Shown here one piece after another: positions 9,335 through 17,213 of a DNA stretch of 64,000 nucleotides. Within the stretch, counting starts at the first letter, position 1; each line of letters opens with the position of its first letter. The notes under the pieces were generated by a model that worked only from the letters and a program-made list of their open reading frames with translations, did no database searches and was not told the origin of the DNA. The translations under genes and the position numbers were made by a program. The stretch is from an uncultured virus (IMG/VR IMGVR_UViG_3300035501_001058) (Duplodnaviria; Heunggongvirae; Uroviricota; Caudoviricetes). Location: the IMG/VR virus record IMGVR_UViG_3300035501_001058; one strand, written 5' to 3'.

Positions 9335-9584
9335 TACTGAATTGACTGAAGAACAAAAGAGTTATGCAGTAGATTTAGCTATTACATTGGTGATAGACGA
9401 ATTATCTAAATCATTAAATGGAGATACATCTACTATTTTGACAAATTTTATGTCTTCTAATGTTGGTAAGTTACTATATGATGAGTCCTCAAAATTATGG
9501 TGTGAGGGACCTTCTTATATAGCTAATATGTATAAAGAAGAACTCGCAAGAGCAGATCAGAATCCAGAAATGAAAATATTTTAA
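9327..9584 (+). CDS. DUF3791-like partner protein
   Basis: F..S..GKLLYDESSKLW.EGP.YI pattern, typical downstream of DUF3990. Confidence 0.7.
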   Translation: MYDTELTEEQKSYAVDLAITLVIDELSKSLNGDTSTILTNFMSSNVGKLLYDESSKLWCEGPSYIANMYKEELARADQNPEMKIF

Positions 9585-9650
9585 AAAACGGAATGATAAG
9601 GAAGCAAAAGCTTCCTTATTTTATTGCAGTAAACAAGGAGGAATTTAATA

Positions 9651-10460
9651 ATGGAATCTAATAAAACTAAAATCGGTGTATATTTAGATTATACTGAAGA
9701 AATTAATGAAACTGTAAAAGCATCAGTATCAATAGATGAATATATTTTTGGAGGTTTTGAAGTAAACACTACCACAGGAGAGTGGGATAATCCTTTATTT
9801 AAGGCTAAAACTGATGCAGCTAAAAAGATACTAAAAGATTTATTTGAAAATGCTCTTACAAATGGTACTAGACAATATTCTATACTTATACCAAATAATT
9901 TAAGAATAAATATAGATGCTGAGCCACTTACACTTGCAGTGTTTAGTGTATTGCTATCTTTTATAATTGGGAAATATAAGTTTGACGTATCTCACTGGCT
10001 TAAAGGTCAGCAAGATGGATCTTTTACAGAGCTTTATAATCCTAAAGCGAAAGGTTTACTAGGTGCAGATAAGACACCTTTATGGAGTAAGATGATTAAA
10101 GCTTGTGAAATAAAAGATAATGGTGAAATAAAACGTTACTATGAAGAATCTATGCGTTTTCAGAACATGAATGCATTTAGCACGGATGAAGAATCACAGG
10201 GTTTTGGAATATTTGGGCTTAGTGCAGATGAAAAATCACAGAGTTTTGAAAGATTACTTACAACAATCCGTGATGATATCGCTTTGCCATCCAAAGAAGA
10301 ATTAATAAGTAGACAGGCAGTTTTAGATATACTAGAAGGTGCCAGTAATTATTTGGGTTGCTATGATATGATGCAGGATCTTATACACAGAATTAAAGCT
10401 TTGCCAATAAAGGGTACAGCATTAGTAAGGGCTGACATGAAGAAAGGAAATAACAAATGA
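9651..10460 (+). CDS. Hypothetical protein
   Basis: AAGGAGG RBS; C-terminal ELISRQAVLD segment resembles small phage proteins. Confidence 0.75.
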   Translation: MESNKTKIGVYLDYTEEINETVKASVSIDEYIFGGFEVNTTTGEWDNPLFKAKTDAAKKILKDLFENALTNGTRQYSILIPNNLRINIDAEPLTLAVFSVLLSFIIGKYKFDVSHWLKGQQDGSFTELYNPKAKGLLGADKTPLWSKMIKACEIKDNGEIKRYYEESMRFQNMNAFSTDEESQGFGIFGLSADEKSQSFERLLTTIRDDIALPSKEELISRQAVLDILEGASNYLGCYDMMQDLIHRIKALPIKGTALVRADMKKGNNK

Positions 10461-10696
10461 GCAAAACAGTAGATGTAATTGTAAACAAACAACTATATGA
10501 GGAGGTATTACGCGGTATTTGGTCCTACATAGTTTTAGGAACAAAAAATATTACAGCTGATGATAATATTTGTTTAAGGGAAATTGATTTTGATGGTGAG
10601 CCTACAGGTAGATTTATAAGTAAAAAGCTTAAAACTGTGCTAACATCAGATAATTGTCCTGCCTTAAAGCCCGGAAATTCAATAGTTAGTTGGTAA
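10457..10696 (+). CDS. DUF3850/ASCH-like small protein
   Basis: D.ICLRE.D...PTGR and LKPG..I.S pattern. Confidence 0.55.
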   Translation: MSKTVDVIVNKQLYEEVLRGIWSYIVLGTKNITADDNICLREIDFDGEPTGRFISKKLKTVLTSDNCPALKPGNSIVSW

Positions 10697-10861
10697 ATAA
10701 TGAAAATAAATTATGATAGTTTCATGAAAATGATACAAGATACTTTAGAGTTGTTACGGAATAGTCGGAAATGAATAAATTCCCTTGAAAAATAAAACCA
10801 TAAATAATAGCTTTTTAAACTATAATTAAGTACTTGTTAAGAAGCTGAAATTTTCATTTGT

Positions 10862-11285
10862 ACATCGTAAGATGTCTCCTCCGTAGCAGGAAAGATACCC
10901 CTTTCCTGTGTTAAAAGTTTTAGCCTTTGTTAGTGTCAAAGCTAACAAAGGTTTTTGTAAGTATGCACAGTAACCCGTGTGTATTTACATGAGATGTCAG
11001 TCTCAAAATCCCCGCCAATAACTTTGGTAAAGTAACAGAGGAAGGTATCCTCCTTTCTCGCTCATCTAGTGAATTCCCCTATTTACTAGAGGGATAAGTA
11101 GCTTAACTGGGAAAGCATCGGCAGAGTCATTGGTTCAAGTCCAATCTTATCCCATGGTGATTTTAATCACCTTTCTTTCCATTGAGGATCCAGGGCAGCT
11201 AAAAGGCTGCCCATCCTTTAACGCAATTAACTTTTTTACTTTTTCCTTCCTGAGATGGCTTAGTTTTTGAACTAAGCCATCTTTA
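10862..11285 (+). ncRNA. Putative multi-hairpin regulatory RNA cluster
   Basis: About 10 consecutive stems with G-U pairs only on the + strand, C-rich loops and linkers, upstream TATAAT at 10821, no credible ORF. Confidence 0.6.
11091..11154 (+). ncRNA. tRNA-like element lacking the anticodon arm
   Basis: GGGATAAG/CTTATCCC acceptor, TA, D arm GCTT-AACTGGGA-AAGC, T arm ATTGG-TTCAAGT-CCAAT; only 12 nt between D and T arms. Confidence 0.8.
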
Positions 11286-11322
11286 AAAGTGTAATAATTA
11301 CATAGAAGGATTAGTAACACAC

Positions 11323-11350
11323 TTGCATTTTATTTACTTGTGCATATAAT
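11323..11350 (+). promoter_or_regulatory. SigA-like promoter of the MNT-HEPN module
   Basis: TTGCAT-16 bp-TATAAT. Confidence 0.55.
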
Positions 11351-11378
11351 AGAATTATGAGAAAGATGAAAATAAATT

Positions 11379-11693
11379 ATGTGGAAAATTGTTTCAGAAA
11401 ATTTTAAAAATGCATGTCTAATCTTTCCAACACAACAAAAAGATGTTGCTACTCTGTTAAAAGTTGCTCCATTATCTAAGATTAAGAAGGTGGTTATTTT
11501 TGGCAGTTCGGTTACATCAGCATGCAATCCTTGGAGTGATTTAGACGTGTACATTGATTTTGGCACAAATCCAGAGCAACATTTTAGCACTAGTACATTG
11601 GAAAATCCTGTAGATTTATGGAGTAATTATGATGTCGATGATAGATTACTGCATGAAATAAATGAGAAAGGTGTAATAGTTTATGGAGAATGA
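11379..11693 (+). CDS. Minimal nucleotidyltransferase (MNT) antitoxin
   Basis: VVIFGS...SDLD motif, PVDL and EINEKGVIVY end. Confidence 0.9.
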   Translation: MWKIVSENFKNACLIFPTQQKDVATLLKVAPLSKIKKVVIFGSSVTSACNPWSDLDVYIDFGTNPEQHFSTSTLENPVDLWSNYDVDDRLLHEINEKGVIVYGE

Positions 11694-12106
11694 AACTTTA
11701 CTAGATATTGCGAAAGTTAATTTTAGATTAGCTTTAAAAACTTATAAGTATTCTACTGGAGATGAACGTGAGTTAAATTACGTTGGATATTTTTATAGCA
11801 AGCGACTGAACTTTGTATAAAGCATGTTCTTGAAATTAATGGTATTAAATATCCTGGAACACATTCAATAGACGATTTATTAGATTTAGGACAGGGAATA
11901 GTTAAATACTCTGACGAGTTTTATAATTTTTCTCCGGCAATAACTAAGTGGGAATCTAAGTCTCGTTATATTAAAAATATTTATTGGCAGATAAACAAGT
12001 ACAAAACGGGTTTGTCTTAATAAAAAAGTTTCTTATTGATAATGGCTGTACTCAAGATGAATTGGAGTTGCCTAAAGTCACAGAACGAAAAATGGATTTA
12101 TTTTAA
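11683..12106 (+). pseudogene. HEPN-domain toxin, disrupted
   Basis: Manual translation gives GYF/*QATELCIKHVL...YPGTHSIDDL...ITKWESKSRY/...ERKMDLF*; needs a frameshift near 11794, has TAG at 11796 and needs a second frameshift near 11978. Confidence 0.8.
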
Positions 12107-12122
12107 TGTTAATAGATACACA

Positions 12123-12443
12123 GGAGAATAAGGTACAACAGCTTTATTCTCTTTTTCGATGTAGTGAAATAACTCAGTGTTATTCTGTTGCATCTTGTAG
12201 CCATTTATTAAATTCTATTACTACAACATTTCCTTTCAATTAAAATGTAATAGTTTTGTGTACTCACACAATTTGTAAATAAAATATGATGGCATGTGAT
12301 AGAGTTTAATAAATGGCCTAAATTAAGAAAGAGTTAGTGTTTACTAGATTATTAAATGCAAAAGTTTATGATTTATTTATCGTCGATGTTTTGAAGTCCT
12401 TCCTGTGGGTAGTAGTTTTCTACTACCCGCAATTTGCATTTAG
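12123..12443 (+). other. Structured non-coding region (terminator plus long stems)
   Basis: Hairpin 12123-12156, 22-bp stem 12200-12221/12296-12317, GTGGGTAGTAG-TTTT-CTACTACCCGC. Confidence 0.5.
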
Positions 12444-12509
12444 TGGATATAGCACTTTAGATATTAAATTTAGTTAGAGTAAATTTTCGGAGCAGTATAG
12501 TAATAAGAG

Positions 12510-12767
12510 GTGATTAAAGTGACAGAAAATAGTTCTTTTGAAAATCTAGATACACAGCAAGCCACAGTTGATGAAATGCGAGCAATAGCCAAAAATCTTA
12601 TCGATAATGTACCAGAGAATGATTTGTGTGAAATGCTAGTGTCATTAAAAGCTATCTCAGAATGCACAATAGAAGGTTTATACAAGGTTGAGATACGCAG
12701 ACTGAAAGGTACTGCAGGAGAGTACTCAGATAACAGAGGAGGTATAGGTAATGAAAAATGTTTATAG
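12510..12767 (+). CDS. Hypothetical protein
   Basis: ORF; start codon uncertain (GTG after GAGG). Confidence 0.6.
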   Translation: MIKVTENSSFENLDTQQATVDEMRAIAKNLIDNVPENDLCEMLVSLKAISECTIEGLYKVEIRRLKGTAGEYSDNRGGIGNEKCL

Positions 12768-12849
12768 AATAATAGCATTAGTTTTCATGGGATTAGTAGT
12801 AATGGCATCTGCCAGTGCTATTGTAAACTTGAATAATTTACATGATTAA
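12751..12849 (+). CDS. Small membrane peptide (32 aa)
   Basis: MKNVYRIIALVFMGLVVMASASAIVNLNNLHD*, GAGGAGGT RBS. Confidence 0.6.
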   Translation: MKNVYRIIALVFMGLVVMASASAIVNLNNLHD

Positions 12850-12853
12850 ATTA

Positions 12854-12886
12854 GGAGCGAATAGTATAAAAGCTATTTGCTCTTTT
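12854..12886 (+). terminator. Conserved-core hairpin
   Basis: GGAGCGAAT-AGTATAAAAGCT-ATTTGCTCT then TTT. Confidence 0.75.
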
Positions 12887-12929
12887 GACAAAACAAAAGA
12901 GAGCTCATGTCAGGCTCTCTTCTGTGTTT

Positions 12930-13037
12930 TTAAAGAAGACTCAATAAACCGAGAATTATTCCAATTACAGTTGCCATTGTGAGTATGATGAATAATCCAC
13001 TGTTTATGAGAAGTTTAATTATTTCTTTTAAATCCAT
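12930..13037 (-). CDS. Small hydrophobic peptide (35 aa), type I toxin-like
   Basis: MDLKEIIKLLINSGLFIILTMATVIGIILGLLSLL*, GAAAGGT RBS, own consensus promoter. Confidence 0.65.
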   Translation of the reverse strand: MDLKEIIKLLINSGLFIILTMATVIGIILGLLSLL

Positions 13038-13081
13038 AAGTTTACCTTTCCGGAGAAAGTATGGCAGATACTAATGATTTA

Positions 13082-13109
13082 ATTATAGCATAGGAAATTG
13101 TTTTGTCAA
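13082..13109 (-). promoter_or_regulatory. Consensus SigA promoter
   Basis: Minus strand TTGACA-16 bp-TATAAT with extended TG. Confidence 0.7.
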
Positions 13110-13334
13110 TAGCTACTAGAAGCATAATAACTTCTGGTAGCTTTAGAAAATAGTAGGCTATAAGTCTTTAAACTATTTGACAATTCTCCCCCAGAAGTTT
13201 AAATTAGAGGTAGAGGGCACAAAATAATAACTTGAAATAGAAAATAAAACCGAAATGAAGAGATTTCGTTATTATCTTAAATTAAGGTAACAAAATAGAA
13301 ATCTTTGTTTATAAATGGAAAGGAAGGAAGAATT

Positions 13335-15347
13335 ATGAAGATTAAAAGTTTAATTATTGGAGCAGTTATAGCATTAGCTGTTATCACAGGAATTAGCACC
13401 ATGCCAAGCACACAGGCAGCGAGCACACAGGAGCAGAGCAGTAACTCAGCGGAATTAATGGGTAATACTTACAAGGTTAAAAGTAAAGATGACGGTAAGG
13501 TGTACGTATTCAAGAATGGTAAGGTAATTACTAAAAAGGGTTGGTACAAGGTTGGTGGATACTATTACTATGTAACAAACAATAAAGGTCAGATAACAAA
13601 AAAATACGGTAGTAAACATTACTACAATTACAGTAAGGGCTCTTGGGTTAAGGTTACATCTGGAATAGCACAAAAGAAAAACGGAAAATACTATTATTAC
13701 AACAGCAATGGTAACATAGCTACAAAAGCAGGTTGGAAGTTAAATAGCAAGGGGAGCTATACATACTATGTAAAGAATAAGACAGGTGTAGTAACAGCAA
13801 GAATTTACAAGAAGAGTTATCAGAAATGGAATAATAACAAAGGTACCTGGAAAACGTTTAGAAAACTTACAAAGACACCAACAAAATACAATGGAAGATA
13901 CTTTGCTGTAATTAGTAATAAGGTAGTTTCAGGTAAAAATAAAACCACTTTAGTTAGTAAAGTTACAACTAAGAAGGTTAACGGTAAGTCAATAACAATA
14001 AAGAAAGCTACACAGAATGGTAACAGTGTTACTATTTACACAGGTGACAAGGATGACAGAACAACAACAGTTGCTTCTGATGGCACAGTTACTATTAAAG
14101 ATGGTGGTAAAACTACTAAAGTGCAGACTAACACAGCCTACAGCATTGGTGGTGAGATTAAGCTTGTTGATGAAGATGGTAAGGTTGTGAGCGAAAAAAA
14201 TCCAAGTAAAAAGCTTCATGTAGCACCTTTAGAGAGTACCGATGATGATACAACATACTATCTGTTTGATAAGACTGGTAATGTTCAGACTCTGAAAATC
14301 TTAACAGCGTTTACAGCTAATGTAGAAACTTACGCAAAGTTGCAGAGTATTGGAAGTGCTAATACAGAAACTGTACAGTTATACAATGCATCTGATGAGA
14401 CTATTCTTATTTTTGATGAAACAGGAAAACAGATAGATGCTGAAGAGCTCGAAGCAAACGTAGCAATTTGCACTATGAGACTACTTTCAAACGGAAAGTA
14501 CTATTACTATGGCGCTGACTTAAAGAAAGACACAACTAAAGGCTGGAAAGTTAGTACACAGGGAGAAGACACTTGGTACGTAGGTGGCAATGGATACATT
14601 ACTTACAGAATTCTCAAGGGTTATTTACAGCAGTTTAGTAATGGTAAATGGGTTAGTGTAGAAACCAAGAGTGGCTCTAAGAATGTAGGCGGTAAAACTG
14701 TAAAGACAAAGAAGTCTGAGAAGGAGCCTGACACAACTGAAGCAACAACAGAGCAGAGTACAGTATCAACAGAAGTTGACAGCAATTGTAAGCATTCATG
14801 GGATGATGGTTGGAATAGTTATTCTATACTCCACAAGGCTGTGACTGAGACTGAAGAGTACACAATAGATGCAGTATACAATCCAGTAAAAACAGATGGA
14901 TACTGCTGTAATAGCTGTACCAGATCAGGTCTGTCTGATGATGATGCGTGGTTCGAAACTACTACAGAATTACATGCTCACTGGGATGCGACAAACCATG
15001 GTGGATATCATGCATACGAGAAAGTCACATCATACGAGTTGGTAACTCCAGAAAGGAAAGAAACCAGAGAAGTTGTAGTCTCAGGTAAGGATGCATGGGT
15101 TGAAGAGCATGCTTATTACAAGTGTACTAAGTGTAATGCAACAAAAGAAAAACGTGTATATGTAGACCCAGATACTGATGCTCGATACTCAAGTGGTACC
15201 GTAGTACAGAGTTATTATTACAGTTCAGCTGGAGTTTTGCGTGAGAAAACTATATATGATGGTGGTTACAAGAGTGTAGTGGATTGGAGTGATCCAGACG
15301 CTTTCATAGCTAGTTATACTACATCAACTGTATACGATGAAAGATAA
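13335..15347 (+). CDS. Secreted or surface protein with aromatic cell-wall-binding-like repeats and a Cys/His C-terminal domain
   Basis: Signal peptide; repeated GW.K..G.YYY motifs; T/E linker; CCNSC...H...H and CTKC. Confidence 0.75.
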   Translation: MKIKSLIIGAVIALAVITGISTMPSTQAASTQEQSSNSAELMGNTYKVKSKDDGKVYVFKNGKVITKKGWYKVGGYYYYVTNNKGQITKKYGSKHYYNYSKGSWVKVTSGIAQKKNGKYYYYNSNGNIATKAGWKLNSKGSYTYYVKNKTGVVTARIYKKSYQKWNNNKGTWKTFRKLTKTPTKYNGRYFAVISNKVVSGKNKTTLVSKVTTKKVNGKSITIKKATQNGNSVTIYTGDKDDRTTTVASDGTVTIKDGGKTTKVQTNTAYSIGGEIKLVDEDGKVVSEKNPSKKLHVAPLESTDDDTTYYLFDKTGNVQTLKILTAFTANVETYAKLQSIGSANTETVQLYNASDETILIFDETGKQIDAEELEANVAICTMRLLSNGKYYYYGADLKKDTTKGWKVSTQGEDTWYVGGNGYITYRILKGYLQQFSNGKWVSVETKSGSKNVGGKTVKTKKSEKEPDTTEATTEQSTVSTEVDSNCKHSWDDGWNSYSILHKAVTETEEYTIDAVYNPVKTDGYCCNSCTRSGLSDDDAWFETTTELHAHWDATNHGGYHAYEKVTSYELVTPERKETREVVVSGKDAWVEEHAYYKCTKCNATKEKRVYVDPDTDARYSSGTVVQSYYYSSAGVLREKTIYDGGYKSVVDWSDPDAFIASYTTSTVYDER

Positions 15348-15349
15348 AT

Positions 15350-15399
15350 AATAAATAGATAGATAAGACCAGAGAGTGTAAAAGCTTTCTGGTCTTTTT
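15350..15399 (+). repeat. Direct repeat A1 containing a conserved-core terminator
   Basis: 48/50 identical to 18970-19019. Confidence 0.9.
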
Positions 15400-15913
15400 A
15401 GGTGAAAGAATAAATATCAAGTGTCCTAGCATAAGGTAGAGCATTATACTGTATGCATTGATAAGTAATACTCATAAGAAATTTAAACAGATTATTGCAG
15501 ATGGTCATGTACTTTTCTAGAGATTTATGCTTCTTAGCATACTCAAACACTACCTTTAGGCGATAGATATAGGTAGGTTCTGGATGTTCGTTATGCAAGA
15601 TGAATGTATCTTTCAGGCATTTAGTGCAATCAAGAAATCTCATTTCAGAGTTTTCTTTAAGAGAACCAATAGAATTTATTGGGGCTAAAATAAATTGTAC
15701 TGTGCTGGATAATTTATTGCATAATTGCTTATTATAATTTCGCATAGGATTATTCTCTGTGTAGCTACTAAGGTAATTCAGTGTGTTGAGATTTAGGTAA
15801 TAGCAGATTACTTCTTCTTTATTGCAGTAGTTTTTTGCTAAGAGCGTTGTAAAAAAGTCCTCTTCTTTACTATACAGATCTTTTATTTTATCTTTATCTT
15901 TATCTGTTAGCAT
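15398..15913 (-). CDS. Hypothetical protein
   Basis: 171-aa ORF with GAAAGGA RBS and no competing plus-strand ORF. Confidence 0.75.
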   Translation of the reverse strand: MLTDKDKDKIKDLYSKEEDFFTTLLAKNYCNKEEVICYYLNLNTLNYLSSYTENNPMRNYNKQLCNKLSSTVQFILAPINSIGSLKENSEMRFLDCTKCLKDTFILHNEHPEPTYIYRLKVVFEYAKKHKSLEKYMTICNNLFKFLMSITYQCIQYNALPYARTLDIYSFT

Positions 15914-16064
15914 GGTATCATTCCTTTCATCATAGTTTATAGGTGATTTGCTAGAATCACCTATAAACTATATAACATAAAAATTTTAAATTGTCAATCA
16001 ATAAAGAAATAATTATAGAATAATCAGAATTTAAAAACAATTGTCAAGAAAGGAAATTAAAACA

Positions 16065-16352
16065 ATGGAAATTAACAAAATGAACAGAAATGATTTAATC
16101 AAAATGATTAAAAAACACCCACACAGAGTTATGCATCTCGATAAGCAGGATGCTGAGATATGCAAAGTAGCTTTGGATAGCAACTTTAGAGTTTTGTGTG
16201 TTATTAGAGAGCAGACAGAAGAATTGTGTCTTTATGCTGTGCGAAAGAATTGGGAAGCAATTCAGTACGTTAGAGAACAAACACCTGCTATAATACAGGA
16301 AGCGTTAAAGCAGTCTAGTAATGCAAGCTACTATGTAGATGCAACAGCATAA
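16065..16352 (+). CDS. DUF4116-like helical repeat protein
   Basis: Repeats of QT.E.C..A...N..A..Y. Confidence 0.65.
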   Translation: MEINKMNRNDLIKMIKKHPHRVMHLDKQDAEICKVALDSNFRVLCVIREQTEELCLYAVRKNWEAIQYVREQTPAIIQEALKQSSNASYYVDATA

Positions 16353-16355
16353 AAT

Positions 16356-16390
16356 AGGACCAGAGAGTATAAGAGCTCTCTGGTCTTTTT
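16356..16390 (+). terminator. Conserved-core hairpin, copy A2 (probably bidirectional)
   Basis: GACCAGAG-AGTATAAGAGCT-CTCTGGTC between convergent genes. Confidence 0.8.
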
Positions 16391-16395
16391 AGGGT

Positions 16396-16893
16396 TTAAT
16401 TACTACGGGTAATGCAAGGGTAAGCATAATAATTAAGGTCGACAACTCTTATTTCTTTGCTATAACCCAAGCGTGCACTATTTCTAGTAGTAACATTATA
16501 AAGTACAGACAGAAACAGACAGATGGTTTGTAACTTAGTAATTTCAGCTATGAGCTGCATGTTGTTTGTTTTGTATCTTAAGTTAACTAGACTAGTTTCA
16601 ATTTCATTTAATTTCTTGGGACAGAAATTAATATCTTTGTAGTAATAAGCATTAAATCCTTTTCTAAGTGATGTTGCTCTGTCGGACTTACTGTAGCAAT
16701 AATGAGTCTCTGTGTTTTTAAACAGTTCAGTGTTTAGTAGATAAGCGCAAGGCGAAGCAACAGCACTCCACTCATTAGAGTTATTCTGGATATTCTGATT
16801 ATACTGAATGTTGAGTAAGTAACCTTTTATGTATGCTATGTTAAAATATTCGGATAATAATTTATAGTAGTATGTAGTGATTGTATTTTCCAT
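16396..16893 (-). CDS. Hypothetical protein
   Basis: ORF with GAGGTG RBS before ATG 16893; upstream TTGAAT...TGtTATACT on the minus strand. Confidence 0.7.
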   Translation of the reverse strand: MENTITTYYYKLLSEYFNIAYIKGYLLNIQYNQNIQNNSNEWSAVASPCAYLLNTELFKNTETHYCYSKSDRATSLRKGFNAYYYKDINFCPKKLNEIETSLVNLRYKTNNMQLIAEITKLQTICLFLSVLYNVTTRNSARLGYSKEIRVVDLNYYAYPCITRSN

Positions 16894-16996
16894 TAGGTTC
16901 ACCTCATTTGTTGATTGATTATAATGAGTATAACAGAATTGAGTAATAATTCAATGAATTTTATGAAAAAATCATTGAATTGGATGAGTGGAAATT

Positions 16997-17031
16997 AGGA
17001 CCAGAGAGTGTAAAAGCTTTCTGGTCTTTTT
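16997..17031 (+). terminator. Conserved-core hairpin, copy A3
   Basis: GACCAGAG-AGTGTAAAAGCT-TTCTGGTC then T run. Confidence 0.8.
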
Positions 17032-17213
17032 GATGAAAGAATATTATTTGGATATATGTTGAGCATCTCAAATATGTTCTTTAAAGAATTATTAAAAGTG
17101 AAATTTAGTAAACTATGTTAGTTAAAATGAGAAACAGGGTTAAAAAGCGTAGAAGTTTTTAGTATTTTAAGTATTTACTGAAAATAAAAATTGTAGTAGA
17201 ATGGAGAAAAAAG

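Noticed and set aside
11091..11154. tmRNA, tRNA-Sec or an intron-split tRNA
   Set aside because: No tag-reading frame or G3-U70 pair, no long variable arm, and both halves are contiguous with nothing inserted
10862..11285. Minus-strand CsrB-like sponge with GGA loops
   Set aside because: Several stems need G-U pairs that form only on the + strand, and the tRNA-like unit is on the + strand
11796..11798. In-frame TAG in HEPN as a sign of stop-codon recoding
   Set aside because: Many genes end cleanly at TAG (e.g. 1335, 1645, 4235, 41077), long ORFs are intact in code 11, and the gene also has frameshifts
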